DNA from: Auanema rhodensis
Taxonomy: Eukaryota; Animalia; Nematoda
Assembly: GCA_964057225.1 (NCBI GenBank)
Contig: OZ059897.1
Coordinates: 372,001 to 436,000 of the forward strand
DNA: 64,000 nt
Direction of reading: 5' to 3'
The translations under genes were made by a program, and so were the position numbers. The notes below the pieces were generated by a model. It did not search any database. It was given only the letters and a program-made list of their open reading frames with translations, and was not told where the DNA came from. Shown piece after piece: positions 13,220 to 26,200 of this stretch. The stretch's first letter is position 1, and each line of letters starts with the position of its first letter.

Positions 13220-16200
13220 ATGCGGATTTTTAAGCTGCGTCGATCTGTGTTATCAGATTTGCGTTAGCTTAAAAATGCACCGAGATATCAACTGATATAA
13301 GTTCACACTTATATCCTCGATTTTCACCCTGAAGGAATAATTTTTTCGTTGAATAACATTGTCCATCGTCTTTGCCTTGAAAAAAGGAATCTAAAAACAT
13401 CTACTTTTTGCTAAATTATTTTGAAATTTTTCGAAAAAATTTTTGTCAAAATGTTTTTGGAAGCAATGTTGAGTGTACATGGAAACTCAACATACACTAA
13501 TGCATCATTTTTCAAACGATCATAACTAATTTCTGTATTAAACGTTTCTCAATGTAGTTTAGTGCATTCGATGCGGATTTTTAAGCTGCGTCGATCTGTG
13601 TTATCAGATTTGCGCTAGCTTAAAAATGCACCGAGATATCAACTGATATAAGTTCACACATATATCCTCGATTTTCACCCTGAAGAAATAATTTTTTCGT
13701 TGAATAACATTGTCCATCGTCTTTGCCTTGAAAAAAGGAATCTAAAAACATCTACTTTTTTTGCTAAATTATTTTGAAATTTTTCGAAAAAATTTTTGTC
13801 AAAATGTTTTTGGAAGCAATGTTGAGTGTACATGGAAACTCAACATACACTAATGCATCATTTTTCAAACGATCATAACTAATTTTTGTATTGAGCGTTT
13901 CTCAATGTAGTATAGTGCATTCGATGCGGATTTTTAAGCTGCGTCGATCTGTGTTATCAGATTTGCGCTAGCTTAAAAATGCACCAAGATATCAACTGAT
14001 ATAAGTTCACACTTATATCCTCGATTTTCACCCTGAAGAATTAATTTTTTCGTTGAATAACATTGTCCATCGTCTTTGCCTTGAATAAAGGAATCTAAAA
14101 ACATCTACTTTTTGCTAAATTATTTTGAAATTTTTCGAAAAAATTTTTGTCAAAATGTTTTTGGAAGCAATGTTGAGTGTACATGGAAACTCAACATACA
14201 CTAATGCATCATTTTTCAAACGATCATAACTAATTTTTGTATTGAGCGTTTCTCAATGTAGTATAGTGCATTCGATGCGGATTTTTAAGCTGCGTCGATC
14301 TGTGTTATCAGATTTGCGCTAGCTTAAAAATGCACCAAGATATCAACTGATATAAGTTCACACTTATATCCTCGATTTTCACCCTGAAGAATTAATTTTT
14401 TCGTTGAATAACATTGTCCATCGTCTTTGCCTTGAAAAAAGGAATCTAAAAACATCTACTTTTTGCTAAATTATTTTGAAATTTTTCGAAAAAATTTTTG
14501 TCAAAATGTTTTTGGAAGCAATGTTGAGTGTACATGGAAACTCAACATACACTAATGCATCATTTTTCAAACGATCATAACTAATTTTTGTATTAAGCGT
14601 TTCTCAATGTAGTATAGTGCATTCGATGCGGATTTTTAAGCTGCGTCGATCTGTGTTATCAGATTTGCGCTAGCTTAAAAATGCACCAAGATATCAACTG
14701 ATATAAGTTCACATTTATATCCTCGATTTTCACCCTGAAGAATTAATTTTTTCGTTGAATAACATTGTCCATCGTCTTTGCCTTGAATAAAGGAATCTAA
14801 AAACATCTACTTTTTGCTAAATTATTTTGAAATTTTTCGAAAAAATTTTTGTCAAAATGTTTTTGGAAGCAATGTTGAGTGTACATGGAAACTCAACATA
14901 CACTAATGCATCATTTTTCAAACGATCATAACTAATTTTTGTATTGAGCGTTTCTCAATGTAGTATAGTGCATTCGATGCGGATTTTTAAGCTGCGTCGA
15001 TCTGTGTTATCAGATTTGCGTTAGCTTAAAAATGCACCGAGATATCAACTGATATAAGTTCACACTTATATCCTCGATTTTCACCCTGAAGAATTAATTT
15101 TTTCGTTGAATAACATTGTCCATCGTCTTTGCCTTGAAAAATGGAATCTAAAAACATCTACTTTTTGCTAAATTATTTTGAAATTTTTCGAAAAAATTTT
15201 TGTCAAAATGTTTTTGGAAGCATTGTTGAGTGTACATGGAAACTCAACATACACTAATGCATCATTTTTCAAAGGATCATAACTAATTTTTGTATTAAGC
15301 GTTTCTCAATGTAGTATAGTGCATTCGATGCGGATTTTTAAGCTGCGTCGATCTGTGTTATCAGATTTGCGTTAGCTTAAAAATGCACCGAGATATCAAC
15401 TGATATAAGTTCACACTTATATCCTCGATTTTCACCCTGAAGGAATAATTTTTTCGTTGAATAACATTGTCCATCGTCTTTGCCTTGAAAAAAGGAATCT
15501 AAAAACATCTACTTTTTGCTAAATTATTTTGAAATTTTTCGAAAAAATTTTTGTCAAAATGTTTTTGGAAGCAATGTTGAGTGTACATGGAAACTCAACA
15601 TACACTAATGCATCATTTTTCAAACGATCATAACTAATTTCTGTATTGAACGTTTCTCAATGTAGTTTAGTGCATTCGATGCGGATTTTTAAGCTGCGTC
15701 GATCTGTGTTATCAGATTTGCGCTAGCTTAAAAATGCACCGAGATATCAACTGATATAAGTTCACACATATATCCTCGATTTTCACCCTGAAGAAATAAT
15801 TTTTTCGTTGAATAACATTGTCCATCGTCTTTGCCTTGAAAAAAGGAATCTAAAAACATCTACTTTTTTTGCTAAATTATTTTGAAATTTTTCGAAAAAA
15901 TTTTTGTCAAAATGTTTTTGGAAGCAATGTTGAGTGTACATGGAAACTCAACATACACTAATGCATCATTTTTCAAACGATCATAACTAATTTTTGTATT
16001 GAGCGTTTCTCAATGTAGTATAGTGCATTCGATGCGGATTTTTAAGCTGCGTCGATCTGTGTTATCAGATTTGCGCTAGCTTAAAAATGCACCAAGATAT
16101 CAACTGATATAAGTTCACACTTATATCCTCGATTTTCACCCTGAAGAATTAATTTTTTCGTTGAATAACATTGTCCATCGTCTTTGCCTTGAATAAAGGA

Positions 16201-17430
16201 ATCTAAAAACATCTACTTTTTGCTAAATTATTTTGAAATTTTTCGAAAAAATTTTTGTCAAAATGTTTTTGGAAGCAATGTTGAGTGTACATGGAAACTC
16301 AACATACACTAATGCATCATTTTTCAAACGATCATAACTAATTTTTGTATTGAGCGTTTCTCAATGTAGTATAGTGCATTCGATGCGGATTTTTAAGCTG
16401 CGTCGATCTGTGTTATCAGATTTGCGCTAGCTTAAAAATGCACCAAGATATCAACTGATATAAGTTCACACTTATATCCTCGATTTTCACCCTGAAGAAT
16501 TAATTTTTTCGTTGAATAACATTGTCCATCGTCTTTGCCTTGAAAAAAGGAATCTAAAAACATCTACTTTTTGCTAAATTATTTTGAAATTTTTCGAAAA
16601 AATTTTTGTCAAAATGTTTTTGGAAGCAATGTTGAGTGTACATGGAAACTCAACATACACTAATGCATCATTTTTCAAACGATCATAACTAATTTTTGTA
16701 TTAAGCGTTTCTCAATGTAGTATAGTGCATTCGATGCGGATTTTTAAGCTGCGTCGATCTGTGTTATCAGATTTGCGCTAGCTTAAAAATGCACCAAGAT
16801 ATCAACTGATATAAGTTCACATTTATATCCTCGATTTTCACCCTGAAGAATTAATTTTTTCGTTGAATAACATTGTCCATCGTCTTTGCCTTGAATAAAG
16901 GAATCTAAAAACATCTACTTTTTGCTAAATTATTTTGAAATTTTTCGAAAAAATTTTTGTCAAAATGTTTTTGGAAGCAATGTTGAGTGTACATGGAAAC
17001 TCAACATACACTAATGCATCATTTTTCAAACGATCATAACTAATTTTTGTATTGAGCGTTTCTCAATGTAGTATAGTGCATTCGATGCGGATTTTTAAGC
17101 TGCGTCGATCTGTGTTATCAGATTTGCGTTAGCTTAAAAATGCACCGAGATATCAACTGATATAAGTTCACACTTATATCCTCGATTTTCACCCTGAAGA
17201 ATTAATTTTTTCGTTGAATAACATTGTCCATCGTCTTTGCCTTGAAAAATGGAATCTAAAAACATCTACTTTTTGCTAAATTATTTTGAAATTTTTCGAA
17301 AAAATTTTTGTCAAAATGTTTTTGGAAGCATTGTTGAGTGTACATGGAAACTCAACATACACTAATGCATCATTTTTCAAAGGATCATAACTAATTTTTG
17401 TATTAAGCGTTTCTCAATGTAGTATAGTGC
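13220..17430. repeat. Tandem duplication of a 6-monomer block (2108 bp period) in domain A
   Basis: Variants pair at +2108: T7 run at 13756 and 15864, CACATTT at about 14714 and 16822, AAAATGG at about 15140 and 17248, AAGGATC at about 15273 and 17381. Ends are approximate. Confidence 0.8.
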
Positions 17431-20400
17431 AATCGATGCGGATTTTTAAGCTGCGTCGATCTGTGTTATCAGATTTGCGCTAGCTTAAAAATGCACCGAG
17501 ATATCAACTGATATAAGTTCACACTTATATCCTCGATTTTCACCCTGAAGGAATAATTTTTTCGTTGAATAACATTGTCCATCGTCTTTGCCTTGAGAAA
17601 AAGAATCTAAAAACATCTACTTTTTGCTAAATTATTTTGAAATTTTTCGAAAAAATTTTTGTCAAAATGTTTTTGGAAGCAATGTTGAGTGTACATGGAA
17701 ACTCAACATACACTAATGCATCATTTTTCAAACGATCATAACTAATTTTTGTATTGAGCGTTTCTCAATGTAGTATAGTGCATTCGATGCGGATTTTTAA
17801 GCTGCGTCGATCTGTGTTATCAGATTTGCGCTAGCTTAAAAATGCACCGAGATATCAACTGATATAAGTTCACACTTATATCCTCGATTTTCACCCTGAA
17901 GGAATAATTTTTTCGTTGAATAACATTGTCCATCGTCTTTGCCTTGAAAAAAGGAATCTAAAAACATCTACTTTTTGCTAAATTATTTTGAAATTTTTCG
18001 AAAAAATTTTTGTCAAAATGTTTTTGGAAGCAATGTTGAGTGTACATGGAAACTCAACATACACTAATGCATCATTTTTCAAACGATCATAACTAATTTT
18101 TGTATTAAGCGTTTCTCAATGTAGTATAGTGCATTCGATGCGGATTTTTAAGCTGCGTCGATCTGTGTTATCAGATTTGCGCTAGCTTAAAAATGCACCG
18201 AGATATCAACTGATATAAGTTCACACTTATATCCTCGATTTTCACCCTGAAGAATTAATTTTTTCGTTGAATAACACTGTCCATCGTCTTTGCCTTGAAA
18301 AATGGAATCTAAAAACATCTACTTTTTGCTAAATTATTTTGAAATTTTTCGAAAAAATTCTTGTCAAAATGTTTTTGGAAGCAATGTTGAGTGTACATGG
18401 AAACTCAACATACACTAATGCATCATTTTTCAAACGATCATAACTAATTTCTGTATCAAGCGTTTCTCAATGTAGTTTAGTGCATTCGATGCGGATTTTT
18501 AAGCTGCGTCGATCTGTGTTATCAGATTTGCGCTAGCTTAAAAATGCACCAGGATATCAACTGATATAAGTTCACACTTATATCCTCGATTTTCACCCTG
18601 AAGAATTAATTTTTTCGTTGAATAACATTGTCCATCGTCTTTGCCTTGAAAAAAGGAATCTAAAAACATCTACTTTTTGCTAAATTATTTTGAAATTTTT
18701 CGAAAAAATTTTTGTCAAAATGTTTTTGGAAGCAATGTTGAGTGTACATGGAAACTCAACATACACTAATGCATCATTTTTCAAACGATCATAACTAATT
18801 TTTGTATTAAGCGTTTCTCAATGTAGTATAGTGCATTCGATGCGGATTTTTAAGCTGCGTCGATCTGTGTTATCAGATTTGCGTTAGCTTAAAAATGCAC
18901 CGAGATATCAACTGATATAAGTTCACACTTATATCCTCGATTTTCACCCTGAAGAATTAATTTTTTCGTTGAATAACATTGTCCATCGTCTTTGCCTTGA
19001 AAAATGGAATCTAAAAACATCTACTTTTTGCTAAATTATTTTGAAATTTTTCGAAAAAATTTTTGTCAAAATGTTTTTGGAAGCAATGTTGAGTGTACAT
19101 GGAAACTCAACATACACTAATGCATCATTTTTCAAACGATCATAACTAATTTTTGTATTGAGCGTTTCTCAATGTAGTATAGTGCATTCGATGCGGATTT
19201 TTAAGCTGCGTCGATCTGTGTTATCAGATTTGCGCTAGCTTAAAAATGCACCAAGATATCAACTGATATAAGTTCACACTTATATCCTCGATTTTCACCC
19301 TGAAGAATTAATTTTTTCGTTGAATAACATTGTCCATCGTCTTTGCCTTGAATAAAGGAATCTAAAAACATCTACTTTTTGCTAAATTATTTTGAAATTT
19401 TTCGAAAAAATTTTTGTCAAAATGTTTTTGGAAGCAATGTTGAGTGTACATGGAAACTCAACATACACTAATGCATCATTTTTCAAACGATCATAACTAA
19501 TTTTTGTATTGAGCGTTTCTCAATGTAGTATAGTGCATTCGATGCGGATTTTTAAGCTGCGTCGATCTGTGTTATCAGATTTGCGCTAGCTTAAAAATGC
19601 ACCAAGATATCAACTGATATAAGTTCACACTTATATCCTCGATTTTCACCCTGAAGAATTAATTTTTTCGTTGAATAACATTGTCCATCGTCTTTGCCTT
19701 GAAAAAAGGAATCTAAAAACATCTACTTTTTGCTAAATTATTTTGAAATTTTTCGAAAAAATTTTTGTCAAAATGTTTTTGGAAGCAATGTTGAGTGTAC
19801 ATGGAAACTCAACATACACTAATGCATCATTTTTCAAACGATCATAACTAATTTTTGTATTAAGCGTTTCTCAATGTAGTATAGTGCATTCGATGCGGAT
19901 TTTTAAGCTGCGTCGATCTGTGTTATCAGATTTGCGCTAGCTTAAAAATGCACCAAGATATCAACTGATATAAGTTCACATTTATATCCTCGATTTTCAC
20001 CCTGAAGAATTAATTTTTTCGTTGAATAACATTGTCCATCGTCTTTGCCTTGAATAAAGGAATCTAAAAACATCTACTTTTTGCTAAATTATTTTGAAAT
20101 TTTTCGAAAAAATTTTTGTCAAAATGTTTTTGGAAGCAATGTTGAGTGTACATGGAAACTCAACATACACTAATGCATCATTTTTCAAACGATCATAACT
20201 AATTTTTGTATTGAGCGTTTCTCAATGTAGTATAGTGCATTCGATGCGGATTTTTAAGCTGCGTCGATCTGTGTTATCAGATTTGCGTTAGCTTAAAAAT
20301 GCACCGAGATATCAACTGATATAAGTTCACACTTATATCCTCGATTTTCACCCTGAAGAATTAATTTTTTCGTTGAATAACATTGTCCATCGTCTTTGCC

Positions 20401-22190
20401 TTGAAAAATGGAATCTAAAAACATCTACTTTTTGCTAAATTATTTCGAAATTTTTCGAAAAAATTTTTGTCAAAATGTTTTTGGAAGCATTGTTGAGTGT
20501 ACATGGAAACTCAACATACACTAATGCATCATTTTTCAAAGGATCATAACTAATTTTTGTATTAAGCGTTTCTCAATGTAGTATAGTGCAATCGATGCGA
20601 ATTTTTAAGCTGCGTCGATCTGTGTTATCAGATTTGCGCTAGCTTAAAAATGCACCGAGATATCAACTGATATAAGTTCACACTTATATCCTCGATTTTC
20701 ACCCTGAAGGAATAATTTTTTCGTTGAATAACATTGTCCATCGTCTTTGCCTTGAGAAAAAGAATCTAAAAACATCTACTTTTTGCTAAATTATTTTGAA
20801 ATTTTTCGAAAAAATTTTTGTCAAAATGTTTTTGGAAGCAATGTTGAGTGTACATGGAAACTCAACATACACTAATGCATCATTTTTCAAACGATCATAA
20901 CTAATTTTTGTATTGAGCGTTTCTCAATGTAGTATAGTGCATTCGATGCGGATTTTTAAGCTGCGTCGATCTGTGTTATCAGATTTGCGCTAGCTTAAAA
21001 ATGCACCGAGATATCAACTGATATAAGTTCACACTTATATCCTCGATTTTCACCCTGAAGGAATAATTTTTTCGTTGAATAACATTGTCCATCGTCTTTG
21101 CCTTGAAAAAAGGAATCTAAAAACATCTACTTTTTGCTAAATTATTTTGAAATTTTTCGAAAAAATTTTTGTCAAAATGTTTTTGGAAGCAATGTTGAGT
21201 GTACATGGAAACTCAACATACACTAATGCATCATTTTTCAAACGATCATAACTAATTTTTGTATTAAGCGTTTCTCAATGTAGTATAGTGCATTCGATGC
21301 GGATTTTTAAGCTGCGTCGATCTGTGTTATCAGATTTGCGCTAGCTTAAAAATGCACCGAGATATCAACTGATATAAGTTCACACTTATATCCTCGATTT
21401 TCACCCTGAAGAATTAATTTTTTCGTTGAATAACACTGTCCATCGTCTTTGCCTTGAAAAATGGATTCTAAAAACATCTACTTTTTGCTAAATTATTTTG
21501 AAATTTTTCGAAAAAATTTTTGTCAAAATGTTTTTGGAAGCAATGTTGAGTGTACATGGAAACTCAACATACACTAATGCATCATTTTTCAAACGATCAT
21601 AACTAATTTCTGTATCAAGCGTTTCTCAATGTAGTTTAGTGCATTCGATGCGGATTTTTAAGCTGCGTCGATCTGTGTTATCAGATTTGCGCTAGCTTAA
21701 AAATGCACCAAGATATCAACTGATATAAGTTCACACTTATATCCTCGATTTTCACCCTGAAGAATTAATTTTTTCGTTGAATAACATTGTCCATCGTCTT
21801 TGCCTTGAAAAAAGGAATCTAAAAACATCTACTTTTTGCTAAATTATTTTGAAATTTTTCGAAAAAATTTTTGTCAAAATGTTTTTGGAAGCAATGTTGA
21901 GTGTACATGGAAACTCAACATACACTAATGCATCATTTTTCAAACGATCATAACTAATTTTTGTATTAAGCGTTTCTCAATGTAGTATAGTGCATTCGAT
22001 GCCTATTTTTAAGCTGCGTCGATCTGTGTTATCAGATTTGCGTTAGCTTAAAAATGCACCGAGATATCAACTGATATAAGTTCACACTTATATCCTCGAT
22101 TTTCACCCTGAAGAATTAATTTTTTCGTTGAATAACATTGTCCATCGTCTTTGCCTTGAAAAATGGAATCTAAAAACATCTACTTTTTGC
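15875..22190. repeat. Tandem duplication of a 9-monomer block (3159 bp period) in domain A
   Basis: Rare variants pair at +3159: GCAATCG at 17432 and 20591, TTGAGAAAAAGAATC at about 17595 and 20755, AACACTG at about 18277 and 21436, CACATTT at about 16822 and 19981. Ends are approximate. Confidence 0.85.
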
Positions 22191-23289
22191 TAAATTATTT
22201 TGAAATTTTTCGAAAAAATTTTTGTCAAAATGTTTTTGGAAGCATTGTTGAGTGTACATGGAAACTCAACATACACTAATGCATCATTTTTCAAAGGATC
22301 ATAACTAATTTTTGTATGAAGCGTTTCTCAATGTAGTATAGTGCATTCGATGCGGATTTTTAAGCTGCGTCGATCTGTGTTATCAGATTTGCGCTAGCTT
22401 AAAAATGCACCGAGATATCAACTGATATAAGTTCACACTTATATCCTCGATTTTCACCCTGAAGAATTAATTTTTTCGTTGAATAACATTGTCCATCGTC
22501 TTTGCCTTGAAAAAAGGAATCTAAAAACATCTACTTTTTGCTAAATTATTTCGAAATTTTTCGAAAAAATTTTTGTCAAAATGTTTTTGGAAGCAATGTT
22601 GAGTGTACATGGAAACTCAACATACACTAATGCATCATTTTTCAAACGATCATAACTAATTTTTGTATTAAGCGTTTCTCAATGTAGTATAGTGCATTCG
22701 ATGCGGATTTTTAAGCTGCGTCGATCTGTGTTATCAGATTTGCGCTAGCTTAAAAATGCACCGAGATATCAACTGATATAAGTTCACACTTATATCCTCG
22801 ATTTTCACCCTGAAGAATTAATTTTTTCGTTGAACAACACTGTCCATCGTCTTTGCCTTGAAAAATGGAATCTAAAAACATCTACTTTTTGCTAAATTAT
22901 CTTGAAATTTTTCGAAAAAATTTTTGTCAAAATGTTTTTGGAAGCATTGTTGAGTGTACATGGAAACTCAATATACACTAATGCATCATTTTTCAAACGA
23001 TCATATTTAATTTTTGTATTGAGCGTTTCTCCATGTAGTATAGTGCATTCGATGCGGATTTTTAAGCTGCGTCGATCTGTGTTATCAGATTTGCGCTAGC
23101 TTGAAAATGCACCGAGATATCAACTGATATAGGTTCACATTTATATCCTCGATTTTCACCGTGAAGAATTAATTTTTTTGTTGAATAACAATGTCCATCG
23201 TCTTTGTCTTGAAAAAAGGAATCTAAAAACATCTACTTTTTGTGAAATTATTTTGAAATTTTTCGGGAAAACTTTTGTCAAAATGTTTT

Positions 23290-26200
23290 TGGAAGCAATG
23301 TTGAGTGTACATGGAAACTCAACATACACTAATGCATCATTTTTCAAACAATCATAACTAATTTTCGTATTAAGCTTTTCTTAATGTAGTATAGTGCATT
23401 CGATGCGGATTTTTAAGCTGCGTCGATCTGTGTTATCAGATTTGCGCTGGCTTGAAGATGCACCGAGATATCAACTGATATAGGTTCACACTTATATCCT
23501 CGATTTTCACCGTGAAGAATTAATTTTTTTGTTGAATAACAATGTCCATCGTCTTTGTCTTGAAAAAAGGAATCTAAAAACATCTACTTTTTGTGAAATT
23601 ATTTTGAAATTTTTCGGGAAAACTTTTGTCAAAATGTTTTTGGAAGCAATGTTGAGTGTACATGGAAACTCAACATACACTAATGCATCATTTTTCAAAC
23701 GATCATAACTAATTTTTGTATTGAGCGTTTCTTAATGTAGTATAGTGCATTCGATGCGGATTTTTAAGCTGCGTCGATCTGTGTTATCAGATTTGCGCTA
23801 GCTTAAAAATGCACCGAGATATCAACTGATATAAGTTCACACTTATATCCTCGATTTTCACCCTGAAGAATTAATTTTTTTGTTGAATAACAATGTCCAT
23901 CGTCTTTGTCTTAAAAAAAGGAATCTAAAAACATCTACTTTTTGTGAAATTCTTTTGAAATTTTTCGGGAAACTTTTTGTAAAAATGTTTTTGGAAGCAA
24001 TGTTGAGTGTACATGGAAACTCAACATACACTAATGCATCATTTTTCAAACGATCATAACTAATTTTTGTATTGAGCTTTTCTCAATGTAGTATAGTGCA
24101 TTCGATGCGGATTTTTAAGCTTCGTCGATCTGTGTTATCAGATTTGCGCTAGCTTAAAAATACACCGAGATATCAACTGATATAGGTTCACATTTATATC
24201 CTCGATTTTCACCGTGAAGAATTAATTTTTTTGTTGAATAACAATGTCCATCGTCTTTGTCTTGAAAAAAGGAATCTAAAAACATCTACTTTTTGTGAAA
24301 TTATGTTGAAATTTTTCGGGAAACTTTTTGTCAAAATGTTTTTGGAAGCAATGTTGAGTGTACATGGAAACTCAACATACACTAATGCATCATTTTTCAA
24401 ACGATCATAACTAATTTTTGTATTGAGCGTTTCTTAATGTAGTATAGTGCATTCGATGCGGATTTTTAAGCTGCGTCGATCTGTGTTATCAGATTTGCGC
24501 TAGCTTGAAAATGCACCGAGATATCAACTGATATAGGTTCACACTTATATCCTCGATTTTCACCGTGAAGAATTAATTTTTTTGTTGAATAACAATGTCC
24601 ATCGTCTTTGTCTTGAAAAAAGGAATCTAAAAACATCTACTTTTTGTGAAATTCTTTTGAAATTTTTCGGGAAACTTTTTGTCAAAATGTTTTTGGAAGC
24701 AATGTTGAGTGTACATGGAAACTCAACATACACTAATGCATCATTTTTCAAACGATCATAACTAATTTTTGTATTGAGCTTTTCTCAATGTAGTATAGTG
24801 CATTCGATGCGGATTTTTAAGCTGCGTCGATCTGTGTTATCAGATTTGCGCTAGCTTGAAAATGCACCGAGATATCAACTGATATAGGTTCACAATTATA
24901 TCCTCGATTTTCACCGTGAAGAATTAATTTTTTTGTTGAATAACAATGTCCATCGTCTTTGTCTTGAAAAAAGGAATCTAAAAACATCTACTTTTTGTGA
25001 AATTATGTTGAAATTTTTCGGGAAACTTTTTGTCAAAATGTTTTTGGAAGCAATGTTGAGTGTACATGGAAACTCAATATACACTAATGCATCATTATTC
25101 AAACGATCATAACTAATTTTTGTATTGAGCGTTTCTCCATGTAGTATAGTGCATTCGATGCGGATTTTTAAGCTGCGTCGATCTGTGTTATCAGATTTGC
25201 GCTAGCTTGAAAATGCACCGAGATATCAACTGATATAGGTTCACACTTATATCCTCGATTTTCACCGTGAAGAATTAATTTTTTTGTTGAATAACAATGT
25301 CCATCGTCTTTGTCTTGAAAAAAGGAATCTAAAAACATCTACTTTTTGTGAAATTATGTTGAAATTTTTCGGGAAACTTTTTGTCAAAATGTTTTTGGAA
25401 GCAATGTTGAGTGTACATGGAAACTCAACATACACTAATGCATCATTTTTCAAACGATCATAACTAATTTTTGTATCGAGCGTTTCTTAATGTAGTATAG
25501 TGCATTCGATGCGGATTTTTAAGCTGCGTCGATCTGTGTTATCAGATTTGCGCTAGCTTGAAAATGCACCGAGATATCAACTGATATAGGTTCACACTTA
25601 AATCCTCGATTTTCACCGTGCAGAATTAATTTTTTTGTTGAATAACAATGTCCATCGTCTTTGTCTTGAAAAAAGGAACCTAAAAACATCTACTTTTTGT
25701 GAAATTATTTTGAAATTTTTCGGGAAACTTTTTGTCAAAATGTTTTTGGAAGCAATGTTGAGTGTACATGGAAACTCAACATACACTAATGCATCATTTT
25801 TCAAACGATCATAACTAATTTTTGTATTGAGCGTTTCTTAATGTAGTATAGTGCATTCGATGCGGATTTTTAAGATGCGTCGATCTGTGTTATCAGATTT
25901 GCGCTAGCTTGAAAATGCACCGAGATATCAACTGATATAGGTTCACACTTATATCCTCGATTTTCACCGTGCAGAATTAATTTTTTTGTTGAATAACATT
26001 GTCCATCGTCTTTGTCTTGAAAAAAGGAATCTAAAAACATCTACTTTTTGTGAAATTATTTTGAAATTTTTCGGGAAAATTTTTGTCAAAATGTTTTTGG
26101 AAGCATTGTTGAGTGTTCATGGAAACTCAACATACACTAATGCATCATTTTTCAAACGATCATAACTAATTTTTGTATTGAGCGTTTCTTTATGTAGTAT

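Larger units (their letters stand above)
1..22950. repeat. Satellite subfamily A domain (about 65 monomers of 351 or 353 bp)
   Basis: Monomers carry CACCCTGAAG, TTTTCGTTGAAT, TTTGCCTTG, TTTTTGCTAAATT, TTCGAAAAAATT and GATATAAGTT, and nearly always AACATTGTCC and AGCTTAAAAA. Confidence 0.95.
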
